NCBI RefSeq assembly: GCF_006345805.1
Contig: NC_043016.1
Location: forward strand, 31,558,001-31,622,000
DNA length: 64,000 nt
Direction of reading: 5' to 3'
Source of the DNA: Octopus sinensis
Lineage: Eukaryota
Made by a program: the position numbers and the translations under genes. The notes beneath the pieces were generated by a model, which was given only the letters and a program-made list of their open reading frames with translations, ran no database searches and was not told the DNA's origin. This document shows, in pieces, positions 13,330-26,100 of the stretch. How positions within the stretch are numbered: position 1 is the stretch's first letter; every line of letters begins with the position of its first letter.

Positions 13330-15240
13330 ATCAGAAATAAGTTTATAATATCTGGAATTTGGTTTCTATTTACAACCTGGAAGTGCTTCATTTGTTCAAA
13401 TTCTGTTGAGGTTGACTTGGCTTTTTTATCCTTTCGGGATCGATAAAATAAGTATCATTTAAGCATTGGAGGTCAATGTAATCCGTTTACCTCATACCCT
13501 GAACCTGCTGGCCTTGTGCCAAAATTTGAAACCATTATTATTTATTAATAATAAGACGATGAAGGTGGCAGGCTGGCAGAATTGTTAGCACACTGGACAA
13601 AATGCTTTGTGGTATTTTGCGCTACATTTTGAGTTCAAATTCTGCTGTTATTAAATTTTCAAAGATGGCAAGCTGGCAGAATTGTCAGCATGCCAGACAA
13701 AATGCTTAGCAGCATTTTGCCATTCTGAGTTCAAATTCCACTGAAGTCAACTTTGCCTTTCATCCCTTTGGGGTTGATAAAATAAGTACCAGTTGAGCAC
13801 TAGGGTCGATGTAATTGACTCATCCCCTCCCCCAAAACTGCTGCCCTTGTGGCAAAATTTGAAACCATTATTATTATTAAATTTTCAAAGGTGGTAAGCT
13901 AGTAGAACTGTAAGCATGCCAGGCAAAATCCATTTTATCTATCTTTACAACCTGAGTTCAAATGCCATTGGGGTCAACATTGCCTTTCATTCTTCTGAGG
14001 CCGAGAAAATAAGTACCAGTTGAGCACAGGAATCAGTTTAATCGACTTAATCCTTGCTCCTAAATTGCTGGCCCTATGCCAAAATTTGAAATTATTATTA
14101 TTATTTTTATTACTATTACTACTAAGGCAACAAGCTGGCAGAAATGTTAGCATGCCGGACGAAAAGCCTAGCAGTATTTCTCCCATCTCTATGTTCTAAG
14201 TTCAAATTCCATCAAGGTCAACTTTGTCTTTTATTCTTTCAGAGTCAATAAATTAAATACCAGTTGCATACTGGAGTCAATCTAATCGACTGGTCTCCTC
14301 CCCCAAAATTTCAGGTCTTGTGCCTAGAGTAGAAAAGAATAAATTAAGTACCAGTTGAACACTGGGGTAGATGTAATCAACTAGTTCCCTCCCACAAAAT
14401 GGCTGCCTTTGTGGAAAAATTTGAAACCACGATGATGATGATTATTATTATTATTAAGGTGGCAAGCTGGCAGAACTGTTAGCATACTGGGCAAAATGCT
14501 TAGCAGCATTTTGTTCATCTTTATGTTCTAAGTTCAAATTCAGCTGAAGTTCATTTTGCCTTTCATCCTTTTGGGGTCGATAAAATAAGTAGCAGTTCAT
14601 ATAATCGACTTACCCCCTACTCCGAAACTGCTTGCCTTGAGCCCAAATTTGAAACCATTAAGATGGTGAAAGCAGTGAGCTGGCAGAATACACCAGGCAA
14701 ATGCTTAGCGGTATTTCATCCGTCCTTATGTTCTGAGTTCAAATTCCACCAGGGTTGACTTTGCCTTTCATGGTTGATGAATTAAGTATCATGGAACATC
14801 AGAGGTCGATGTAATTGATTAGTCCCCTCCCCCTTGCACCTTTAATAGAAAGAATTATTATTAAGGTGGTGAGCTGGCAGAATTGTTAGCACTCCGGACA
14901 ATGGTTAGTGGCATTTCTTTTGATTTTACATTTTGTGTTCAAATGCCGCCACGGTTAATTTTGGCTTCCATTCTTTTGAGGTCAATAAAATACGAGTTAA
15001 GCTCTGGAGTCAGTGTAATTAACTGGCTTTCCCCACCAAATTTCAGGCTTGTGCTTATATTAGAAAGAATTATGGATACACATTGGATTGGTGGTTGATG
15101 GGGGGTTAAAGCATTGGACAAAATGCCTTGCGATATTTGTTGCTTTATATTCTGAATTCAAGTCCTGCTAAAGTCATCTCTTTCTTTCAGTTCTTCTGGG
15201 ATTGATAGAATTGATAGAATAGAGTACCAGTCAAATACTG
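13330..15240 (+). repeat. Head-to-tail array of about 9-10 family-B SINE-derived units
   Basis: Recurring heads aaggtggc(a/g)agctggcagaa near 13562, 13665, 13889, 14124, 14457, 14671 and 14864, most ending gccttgtgccaaaatttgaaacc plus (ATT)n. Confidence 0.85.
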
Positions 15241-15734
15241 AGGGTGATGTCAGTATAATTAATAATTAATAATTTTTTTCTCAGACAAAAAGAGTTATGT
15301 TCAATACAATGTTGGAACTAACAGATACAGAACACACACCTCCCAAGCCTTTCCTGATAACATCAAGCTTTTTTTCTTTTTTTTCTTTTTTTGCTATTGC
15401 TTTGGAGAACAGGGCAGTGTTCGAAGCCATTGCACATCCTCTCAAATATTGCCACCACAAAATTCAAATTTCTTATCTGAACAACTATTTAGCAAAAGGA
15501 AGAGAGAAAGAAAATTCTATATTTGTATCAAATAATCAAGAGAGTTAAAGAAAAACATATCTTTCTGGAAGGAAAAAAATTCTGTATTTTTTAAATTCTT
15601 CACCATCTTGATCAGTATTTTGAAGCAAGGACATTATTTTATATCAATTTTATTTATTTCTTGCATGGGTATGACAGGTCTTCTCCAGTACTGCATTTCA
15701 TTTGTTGCTGTTTTTTTTTGTTATCTCTTTTGTG

Positions 15735-15960
15735 TGGTTCAGTCTTCCAAAATCAGCTTTTACAAGTTCTTCTTCTTCTACTGCACTTCTTTGTCTAACT
15801 ATCATCATTCATATGCAGCACATATCCATACCAACACAATTTACACACTACATCTCATTCCTTTTAATACCCAGTTTTTCCTCTCACCTCATTCTCTCAC
15901 ACTAACATTACACATCCAGCAAAGCATGCTCACCTCGCCTCATTTCTTTCTAGCTGTCAC
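15735..15960 (-). mobile_element. RTE LINE ORF2 C-terminal relic
   Basis: - strand reads ..LGIKGMRCSV..LCWYGYVLHMNDDS.., resembling the RTE LRWYGHV.RM motif. Confidence 0.55.
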
Positions 15961-16144
15961 ATAACCTTATACATTCAATGCCAATATTTCATAGCCATGC
16001 AATATTGCACTTCATCCACAAGAATCACACAATCTAGTCTTCGTTTGCAGAGAAACTCTTCTTCTAGCTAGCAGAAGCACTAGCTCTCTGAATTTTTTCC
16101 CCATCTTATTCTGACTACCTAGCTTATGGAACATCCATCACCAG

Positions 16145-16616
16145 CACCATAAATCCTCGGGTATAATCTGCATTTTTTCCCCAAAATTTAAAGATCAATA
16201 TCCCTAGTGCGTACTATATACAAGATTAAAAATGAAAAATATTCAGATGCATTTTGTGATGTCGGGTGCGAAAATACCTTAAGCTAAGCCTGAAAGCTAT
16301 GAAGTCATAAAAGAATCATCCATAACTTGCAATAAGCAACATTTATTAAACGTTATTACTGTTATCTCTTTATTTTCTGCAAACAAAATGCACAAAAAAG
16401 ATACGCGTTTGCATTATGTGATATATACAATAATAATAATAAAGGACGTTACCGTATACATTTTTACAAACCAAGGACATTATATAAACCTCCTTGACTC
16501 AAATTAGAGAATGGGTGCATATTATACACAAGGTTTAGGTTTTCCAGAAGTACAGCCCCCTAAAAATTCCCTGGGTAATATACTCAAGGGCAGACTATAC
16601 TAGAGGATTTGCGGTA
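16145..16616. mobile_element. Shorter (~470 bp) MITE derivative of the 9256-10212 pogo-type element
   Basis: ccataaatcctcgggtataatctgc...gactatactagaggatttgcggta; collinear with 9256-10212 apart from internal deletions. Confidence 0.85.
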
Positions 16617-16629
16617 TTTATTAGGTGAA

Positions 16630-16824
16630 TTAGGTAACAGAAACTATCAAGCACTTCTCAGTAAACCTTTCAATGTCTTTCTCTAAATCTACAAATGCTA
16701 GGTACAGTACCTTTTCCAGTAGTTGCAAAGAATTTCTTTTATAATTACCTCTAAGAAAAGAGTTCTTAGTCCTAAGATGGTACCTAATCCTGGCACAAAC
16801 CCTTCTGAATCTCTTTCCTGTCAA
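16630..16824 (-). mobile_element. RTE LINE reverse-transcriptase relic
   Basis: QLLEKVLYLAFVDLEKDIER resembles the non-LTR RT motif QLQEK...LYLAFVDLEKAFDR. Confidence 0.7.
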
Positions 16825-17113
16825 CTGTGATGCAACTGTATATTTTATAATTTAAAAAAATGTTTTTTACCTACTGGTGTTTTATGGAAGGGATAATGCT
16901 TGTAGCTTTAGCAGGTCTTCTCAAAACCAGTGAGAATGATGCTACTAATGTTCTGTTTAAGCTGTTGTAAATTAATACCTGAGGGCTGAGATTTATGGAG
17001 TGGTGAACAGGTGCAGTACAGTGTTTTGTTTGGGACCTGAGGACCAGACACAAAAGTGGAGAGACAAGTCAATCAAGAATGCTTGAGTGAAGGAAGTACA
17101 AAATCAACCAACT

Positions 17114-17342
17114 TTAACCCTTTAGTGTTTAAACCGGCCATATCCGGCCCAAATATTCTATATGTTTTATATTCAAACTGGCCATATCTAGCCTTTCACA
17201 CCTAACCTACAATGCCATTCTAAAATAAACAATCACTCATTGAAAACTCAAAGCTATAAGATAATGCTCGATGAATTCAAAACAATTGAATAAAAAATAT
17301 ATTATTACATGGTGTGTAATCTGAATACTAAAAGGGGGTTAA
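17114..17342. mobile_element. TTAA-flanked (piggyBac-like) MITE
   Basis: TTAA-CCCTTTAG...CTAAAAGGGGG-TTAA; a reverse-oriented partial homolog lies at ~59505-59665. Confidence 0.75.
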
Positions 17343-17600
17343 GGGCAAAGGCCATAATTATTAGCAGGCCATTGATTTGATTCTTATTTAATTGCTTCTT
17401 TCTAGAATATTTCCTTTATTCTTGCAACAGTTATGATGTGTTACTGCACCAGTAAAATGGAGTACAAGCAATTGTCATTCTGATGCTCAGTACTGTTTCC
17501 TATTTTGGCAGATATTTTTAGTATCTTTATAACAGCCAAATTGTGCTAATATCCTTCATGGTCCTTTTAACTATAACTCAACTTCAATAAGTGGAGTACA

Positions 17601-18046
17601 TAGGCGCAGGAGTGGCTGTGTGGTAAGTAGCTTGCTTACCAACCACATGGTTCCGGGTTCAGTCCCACTGCGTGGCATCTTGGGCAAGTGTCTTCTGCTA
17701 TAGCCTCGGGCCGACCAATGCCTTGTGAGTGGATTTGGCAGACGGAAACTGAAAGAAGCCTGTCGTATATATGTATATATATGTGTGTATGTCCAACCCG
17801 TGCTTGCATGGAAAACAGATGCTAAATGATGATGATGTGTGTGTGTTTGTGTCTGTGTTTGTCCCCCTAGCATTGCTTGACAACTGATGCTGGTGTGTTT
17901 AAGTCCCCATCACTTAGCGGTTCGGCAAAAGAGGCCGATAGAATAAGTACTGGGCTTACAAAGAATAAGTCCCGGGGTCGATTTGCTCGATTAAATGCGG
18001 TGCTCCAGCATGGCCGCAGTCAAATGACTGAAACAAGTAAAAGAGT
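17601..18046 (+). mobile_element. Near full-length family-A SINE with a nested family-C fragment (~17795-17835)
   Basis: tRNA-like head gtggctgtgtggtaag...ggttccgggttcagtccc; tail caaatgactgaaacaagtaaaagag. Confidence 0.88.
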
Positions 18047-18490
18047 AAGTGGAGCCTCTGCTGAATGCACTAGTCAATTTCCCCTCGTGCATTCTCATTC
18101 AGCGACCTCTTGCAGTAGCACAGAAATGCTGTTGCAGTACATTTCTTCTCAGCGGCAGCAAATGCATGGGTACAATTATAACTTATATTTAAAAAAAAAA
18201 AATGTTAAGTAAATTACTTGCATTGTCCACCTATATTTGTTATAAACTTGCATAATTGTATTTTTAAAAAAATCCCACTCTACTGCATAGATACAAGCAG
18301 ATATCTAAAGTGTATAATAAATAACTAAACTAAATATAAATTTAATCAATGAGTTAATTCTCTCAGAAGACCAAAAGAAAAAAAACAATCTCCCAATTAT
18401 TTATATAAAATTTTACAATATTCTGTTAATATTATTTCAAATGCTTATCTGCCTTAAAAAAATACGATCTTAATAAGAAGTAATTATTTA

Positions 18491-18735
18491 CTCTTTACTC
18501 TTTTACTTGTTTCAGTCATTTGACTGTGGCCATGCTGGAGCACTGCCTTTAGTCGAGCAAATCAACCCCAGGACTTATTCTTTGTAAGCCTAGTACTTTT
18601 TCTATCAGTCTCTTGCTGAACTGCTAAGTTATGGGGACGTAAACACACCAGCATCGGTTGTCAAGCGATGTTGGGGGGACAAATACAGGCACAAACATAT
18701 ACACACACATACAAATATACGATGGGCTTCTTACG
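18491..18735 (-). mobile_element. Family-A SINE 3' part
   Basis: Reverse complement of 17850-18046. Confidence 0.8.
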
Positions 18736-19817
18736 CTTATGGGACAATGTTTTAAACAATCAAATGATTATCAAATGTTTCAAATAATCAAATGATAATG
18801 ATGAATGTTATTAATTTGTGTTTCATTAGGAGAAAAATATATAGTGAAATGACTGAATCCTACTGTCTATGATACTTCTTTTACTGGACCCAGAAGACTG
18901 AAAAGCAAGGTCAACAACTTTAGTGGGATCAAGATTATTTGACTTCCTAGAAAAAGTATTGAATTTTCTTCAAACCACATCTATTTTGTGAAAAAAAAAA
19001 ATGAACACACAGGATCAAAAAAACAAAAAGACAAGGTGAAACGAGGCACTAATCCATGTAATACTAACGGCGAAACTGGCAACTGAAACAAACAGTAATG
19101 CAATCAAAAGGGCCATTAAGGATATGAAGTCAGAGAAAGCAATTGAACTACCAAGTTTAATTACTTAGATGCTGAGAAATGAATAGATATTTTTTGATCT
19201 GGAATCTGCTTCTTCAGGGCTGAATGACAGCTACGTAAAGCATGATGCCAGATTTATTGTTTTAGATATCTTCAGCAGATTAATATGTTGTATGTGATAA
19301 TAGTAGGAAATCAAAAACAGCTCAAGAGAAATTAAAATAAATTAATTCATGAAGTTTTCATTTACAGATGAGAAAATTAACTCTAAATTTTGAATAATTT
19401 TGTGAGAAAGCATTTATGAAATAAACACTCTCCTCACACAAGCTGCTGAGATTTTAAGGCCTTGTCCATTGTTTGTCTTTACACCTTGGTAATGTAATCC
19501 AAAATAAAAGTGGAAAAGGAATTCTTGCCGGAGTGACTGAAATTAAAAGTTTCATAACCATAGGAGGTCACCAGCTATACTCCCGCTTCAGAGTCAACGT
19601 CGTCATTTTAGCATCCACTTATCCATGCTTGAATGGGTCAGTTGGGGCTGATTTTCTAAAGCTAGAAGTCCTTTCTGTCGTCAACCCTTACTCATTTCCG
19701 AGCAGATTAATTTTCCCAAGGCCTGATGTGTTTTTTCATGGGAGACTGGAAGCACAAACCTTGGTTATATGACAGTGATACATGTTTACAACCATCATGT
19801 GATGGCAAGGCAAAGGT

Positions 19818-19915
19818 ACACACAAACACATCCACACACACACACACAACTGGCTTCTTCCAGTTTAATGTCAATTAAATCCACTCACACGGCTTTGGTT
19901 GGCCTGGGGCTATAG
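19818..19915 (-). mobile_element. Left half of a family-A tRNA-type SINE interrupted by the array block
   Basis: (CA)n then ...aaatccactcacacggctttggttggcctggggctatag; homologous to intact copies at 17601-18046 and 62721-63105. Confidence 0.8.
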
Positions 19916-20111
19916 ATGATGATTACAGGTACATTCACTGCCATCAATTCAACATGAAGAAAATTCACCATAGGGAATTTTTACTAACAAAATATATCTA
20001 TATTATCTCACCATTAATAGTTAAAATTGGATTCAATCCTAAATCTGATTTTTCCCTGTAAATTTGGATTTATTCCCTAATATTTATTATTATATATATA
20101 TATATAAAAAG

Positions 20112-23100
20112 GCGGTGAACTGATGACAGTGCATTTCGCCAGTGATGAACTGATGACAGTGAACTTTCCCTATGGTGAATTAATGATGGTGGGCTTCATC
20201 TGTGATGAACTAATGACAGTGAACTTTCCCTATGGTGAATTAATGACGGTGGGCTTCATCTGTGATGAACTAATGACAGTGAACTTTCCCTATGGTGAAT
20301 TAATGACGGTGGGCTTCCTCTGTGATGAACTAATGACAGTGAACTTCCCTATGGTGAATTAATGACTGGTGGGCTTCCTCTGTGATGAACTAATGACAGT
20401 GAACTTTCCCTATGGTGAATTAATGATGGTGGGCTTCCTCTGTGATGAACTAATGACAGTGAACTTTCGCTATGGTGAATTAATGATGGTGGGCTTCCTC
20501 TGTGATGAACTAATGACAGTGAACTTTCCCTATGGTGAATTAATGACGGTGGGCTTCCTCTGTGATGAACTAATGACAGTGAACTTTCCCTATGGTGAAT
20601 TAATGACGGTGGGCTTCCTCTGTGATGAACTAATGACAGTGAACTTTCCCTATGGTGAATTAATGACGGTGGGCTTCCTCTGTGATGAACTAATGACAGT
20701 GAACTTTCCCTATGGTGAATTAATGACGGTGGGCTTCCTCTGTGATGAACTAATGACAGTGAACTTTCCCTATGGTGAATTAATGATGGTGGGCTTCCTC
20801 TGTGATGAACTAATGACAGTGAACTTTCGCTATGGTGAATTAATGATGGTGGGCTTCCTCTGTGATGAACTAATGACAGTGAACTTTCCCTATGGTGAAT
20901 TAATGATGGTGGGCTTCCTTGTGATGAACTAATGACAGTGAACTTTCCCTATGGTGAATTAATGATGGTGGGCTTCCTCTGTGATGAACTAATGACAGTG
21001 AACTTTCCCTATGGTGAATTAATGATGGTGGGCTTCATCTGTGATGAACTAATGACAGTGAACTTTCCTATGGTGAATTAATGATGGTGGGCTTCATCTG
21101 TGATGAACTAATGACAGTGAACTTTCCCTATGGTGAATTAATGATGGTGGGCTTCCTCTGTGATGAACTAATGACAGTGAACTTTCCCTATGGTGAATTA
21201 ATGATGGTGGCTTCATCTGTGATGAACTAATGACAGTGAACTTTCCCTATGGTGATTAATGATGGTGGGCTTCCTCTGTGATGAACTAATGACAGTGAAC
21301 TTTCCCTATGGTGATTAATGACTGGTGGGCTTCATCTGTGATGAACTAATGACAGTGAACTTTCCTATGGTGAATTAATGATGGTGGGCTTCCTCTGTGA
21401 TGAACTAATGACAGTGAACTTTCCCTATGGTGAATTAATGATGGTGGGCTTCATCTGTGATGAACTAATGACAGTGAACTTCCCTATGGTGAATTAATGA
21501 TGGTGGGCTTCATCTGTGATGAACTAATGACAGTGAACTTTCCCTATGGTGAATTAATGATGGTGGGCTTCCTCTGTGATGAACTAATGACAGTGAACTT
21601 TCCCTATGGTGAATTAATGATGGTGGGCTTCATCTGTGATGAACTAATGACAGTGAACTTTCCCTATGGTGAATTAATGATGGTGGGCTTCCTCTGTGAT
21701 GAACTAATGACAGTGAACTTTCCTATGGTGAATTAATGATGGTGGGCTTCCTCTGTGATGAACTAATGACAGTGAACTTTCCCTATGGTGAATTAATGAT
21801 GGTGGGCTTCTCTGTGATGAACTAATGACAGTGAACTTTCCCTATGGTGAATTAATGATGGTGGGCTTCATCTGTGATGAACTAATGACAGTGAACTTTC
21901 CCTATGGTGAATTAATGATGGTGGGCTTCCTCTGTGATGAACTAATGACAGTGAACTTTCCCTATGGTGAATTAATGACGGTGGGCTTCATCTGTGATGA
22001 ACTAATGACAGTGAACTTTCCCTATGGTGAATTAATGATGGTGGGCTTCCATCTGTGATGAACTAATGACAGTGAACTTTCGCTATGGTGAATTAATGAT
22101 GGTGGGCTTCCTCTGTGATGAACTAATGACAGTGAACTTTCCTATGGTGAATTAATGATGGTGGGCTTCTCTGTGATGAACTAATGACAGTGAACTTTCC
22201 CTATGGTGAATTAATGATGGTGGGCTTCATCTGTGATGAACTAATGACAGTGAACTTTCCTATGGTGAATTAATGATGGTGGGCTTCCTCTGTGATGAAC
22301 TAATGACAGTGAACTTTCCCTATGGTGAATTAATGATGGTGGGCTTCCTCTGTGATGAACTAATGACAGTGAACTTTCGCTATGGTGAATTAATGATGGT
22401 GGGCTTCATCTGTGATGAACTAATGACAGTGAACTTTCGCTATGGTGAATTAATGATGGTGGGCTTCCTCTGTGATGAACTAATGACAGTGAACTTTCCC
22501 TATGGTGAATTAATGATGGTGGGCTTCCTCTGTGATGAACTAATGACAGTGAACTTTCGCTATGGTGAATTAATGATGGTGGGCTTCATCTGTGATGAAC
22601 TAATGACAGTGAACTTTCGCTATGGTGAATTAATGATGGTGGGCTTCCTCTGTGATGAACTAATGACAGTGAACTTTCCTATGGTGAATTAATGATGGTG
22701 GGCTTCATCTGTGATGAACTAATGACAGTGAACTTTCCCTATGGTGAATTAATGATGGTGGGCTTCCTCTGTGATGAACTAATGACAGTGAACTTTCCTA
22801 TGGTGAATTAATGATGGTGGGCTTCCTCTGTGATGAACTAATGACAGTGAACTTTCCTATGGTGAATTAATGATGGTGGGCTTCCTCTGTGATGAACTAA
22901 TGACAGTGAACTTTCCCTATGGTGAATTAATGATGGTGGGCTTCCTCTGTGATGAACTAATGACAGTGAACTTTCCCTATGGTGAATTAATGATGGTGGG
23001 CTTCCTCTGTGATGAACTAATGACAGTGAACTTTCCCTATGGTGAATTAATGATGGTGGGCTTCCTCTGTGATGAACTAATGACAGTGAACTTTCCCTAT

Positions 23101-26100
23101 GGTGAATTAATGATGGTGGGCTTCCTCTGTGATGAACTAATGACAGTGAACTTTCCTATGGTGAATTAATGATGGTGGGCTTCCTCTGTGATGAACTAAT
23201 GACAGTGAACTTTCCTATGGTGAATTAATGATGGTGGGCTTCCTCTGTGATGAACTAATGACAGTGAACTTTCCCTATGGTGAATTAATGATGGTGGGCT
23301 TCCTCTGTGATGAACTAATGACAGTGAACTTTCCCTATGGTGAATTAATGATGGTGGGCTTCCTCTGTGATGAACTAATGACAGTGAACTTTCCCTATGG
23401 TGAATTAATGATGGTGGGCTTCCTCTGTGATGAACTAATGACAGTGAACTTTCCCTATGGTGAATTAATGATGGTGGGCTTCATCTGTGATGAACTAATG
23501 ACAGTGAACTTTCCCTATGGTGAATTAATGATGGTGGGCTTCCTCTGTGATGAACTAATGACAGTGAACTTTCCCTATGGTGAATTAATGATGGTGGGCT
23601 TCCTCTGTGATGAACTAATGACAGTGAACTTTCCCTATGGTGAATTAATGATGGTGGGCTTCCTCTGTGATGAACTAATGACAGTGAACTTTCCCTATGG
23701 TGAATTAATGATGGTGGGCTTCCTCTGTGATGAACTAATGACAGTGAACTTTCCCTATGGTGAATTAATGATGGTGGGCTTCCTCTGTGATGAACTAATG
23801 ACAGTGAACTTTCCCTATGGTGAATTAATGATGGTGGGCTTCATCTGTGATGAACTAATGACAGTGAACTTTCCCTATGGTGAATTAATGATGGTGGGCT
23901 TCATCTGTGATGAACTAATGACAGTGAACTTTCCCTATGGTGAATTAATGATGGTGGGCTTCCTCTGTGATGAACTAATGACAGTGAACTTTCCCTATGG
24001 TGAATTAATGATGGTGGGCTTCATCTGTGATGAACTAATGACAGTGAACTTTCCCTATGGTGAATTAATGATGGTGGGCTTCCTCTGTGATGAACTAATG
24101 ACAGTGAACTTTCCCTATGGTGAATTAATGATGGTGGGCTTCCTCTGTGATGAACTAATGACAGTGAACTTTCCCTATGGTGAATTAATGATGGTGGGCT
24201 TCATCTGTGATGAACTAATGACAGTGAACTTTCCCTATGGTGAATTAATGATGGTGGGCTTCATCTGTGATGAACTAATGACAGTGAACTTTCCCTATGG
24301 TGAATTAATGACGGTGGGCTTCCTCTGTGATGAACTAATGACAGTGAACTTTCCCTATGGTGAATTAATGATGGTGGGCTTCCTCTGTGATGAACTAATG
24401 ACAGTGAACTTTCCCTATGGTGAATTAATGATGGTGGGCTTCCTCTGTGATGAACTAATGACAGTGAACTTTCCCTATGGTGAATTAATGATGGTGGGCT
24501 TCCTCTGTGATGAACTAATGACAGTGAACTTTCCTATGGTGAATTAATGATGGTGGGCTTCCTCTGTGATGAACTAATGACAGTGAACTTTCCCTATGGT
24601 GAATTAATGATGGTGGGCTTCATCTGTGATGAACTAATGACAGTGAACTTTCCCTATGGTGAATTAATGATGGTGGGCTTCCTCTGTGATGAACTAATGA
24701 CAGTGAACTTTCCCTATGGTGAATTAATGATGGTGGGCTTCCTCTGTGATGAACTAATGACAGTGAACTTTCCCTATGGTGAATTAATGATGGTGGGCTT
24801 CCTCTGTGATGAACTAATGACAGTGAACTTTCCCTATGGTGAATTAATGATGGTGGGCTTCCTCTGTGATGAACTAATGACAGTGAACTTTCCCTATGGT
24901 GAATTAATGATGGTGGGCTTCCTCTGTGATGAACTAATGACAGTGAACTTTCCCTATGGTGAATTAATGATGGTGGGCTTCCTCTGTGATGAACTAATGA
25001 CAGTGAACTTTCCCTATGGTGAATTAATGATGGTGGGCTTCCTCTGTGATGAACTAATGACAGTGAACTTTCCCTATGGTGAATTAATGATGGTGGGCTT
25101 CCTCTGTGATGAACTAATGACAGTGAACTTTCCCTATGGTGAATTAATGATGGTGGGCTTCATCTGTGATGAACTAATGACAGTGAACTTTCCCTATGGT
25201 GAATTAATGATGGTGGGCTTCCTCTGTGATGAACTAATGACAGTGAACTTTCCCTATGGTGAATTAATGATGGTGGGCTTCATCTGTGATGAACTAATGA
25301 CAGTGAACTTTCCCTATGGTGAATTAATGATGGTGGGCTTCCTCTGTGATGAACTAATGACAGTGAACTTTCCCTATGGTGAATTAATGATGGTGGGCTT
25401 CCTCTGTGATGAACTAATGACAGTGAACTTTCCCTATGGTGAATTAATGATGGTGGGCTTCCTCTGTGATGAACTAATGACAGTGAACTTTCCCTATGGT
25501 GAATTAATGATGGTGGGCTTCATCTGTGATGAACTAATGACAGTGAACTTTCCCTATGGTGAATTAATGATGGTGGGCTTCATCTGTGATGAACTAATGA
25601 CAGTGAACTTTCCCTATGGTGAATTAATGATGGTGGGCTTCATCTGTGATGAACTAATGACAGTGAACTTTCCCTATGGTGAATTAATGATGGTGGGCTT
25701 CATCTGTGATGAACTAATGACAGTGAACTTTCCCTATGGTGAATTAATGATGGTGGGCTTCCTCTGTGATGAACTAATGACAGTGAACTTTCCCTATGGT
25801 GAATTAATGATGGTGGGCTTCATCTGTGATGAACTAATGACAGTGAACTTTCCCTATGGTGAATTAATGATGGTGGGCTTCATCTGTGATGAACTAATGA
25901 CAGTGAACTTTCCCTATGGTGAATTAATGATGGTGGGCTTCATCTGTGATGAACTAATGACAGTGAACTTTCCCTATGGTGAATTAATGATGGTGGGCTT
26001 CATCTGTGATGAACTAATGACAGTGAACTTTCCCTATGGTGAATTAATGATGGTGGGCTTCATCTGTGATGAACTAATGACAGTGAACTTTCCCTATGGT

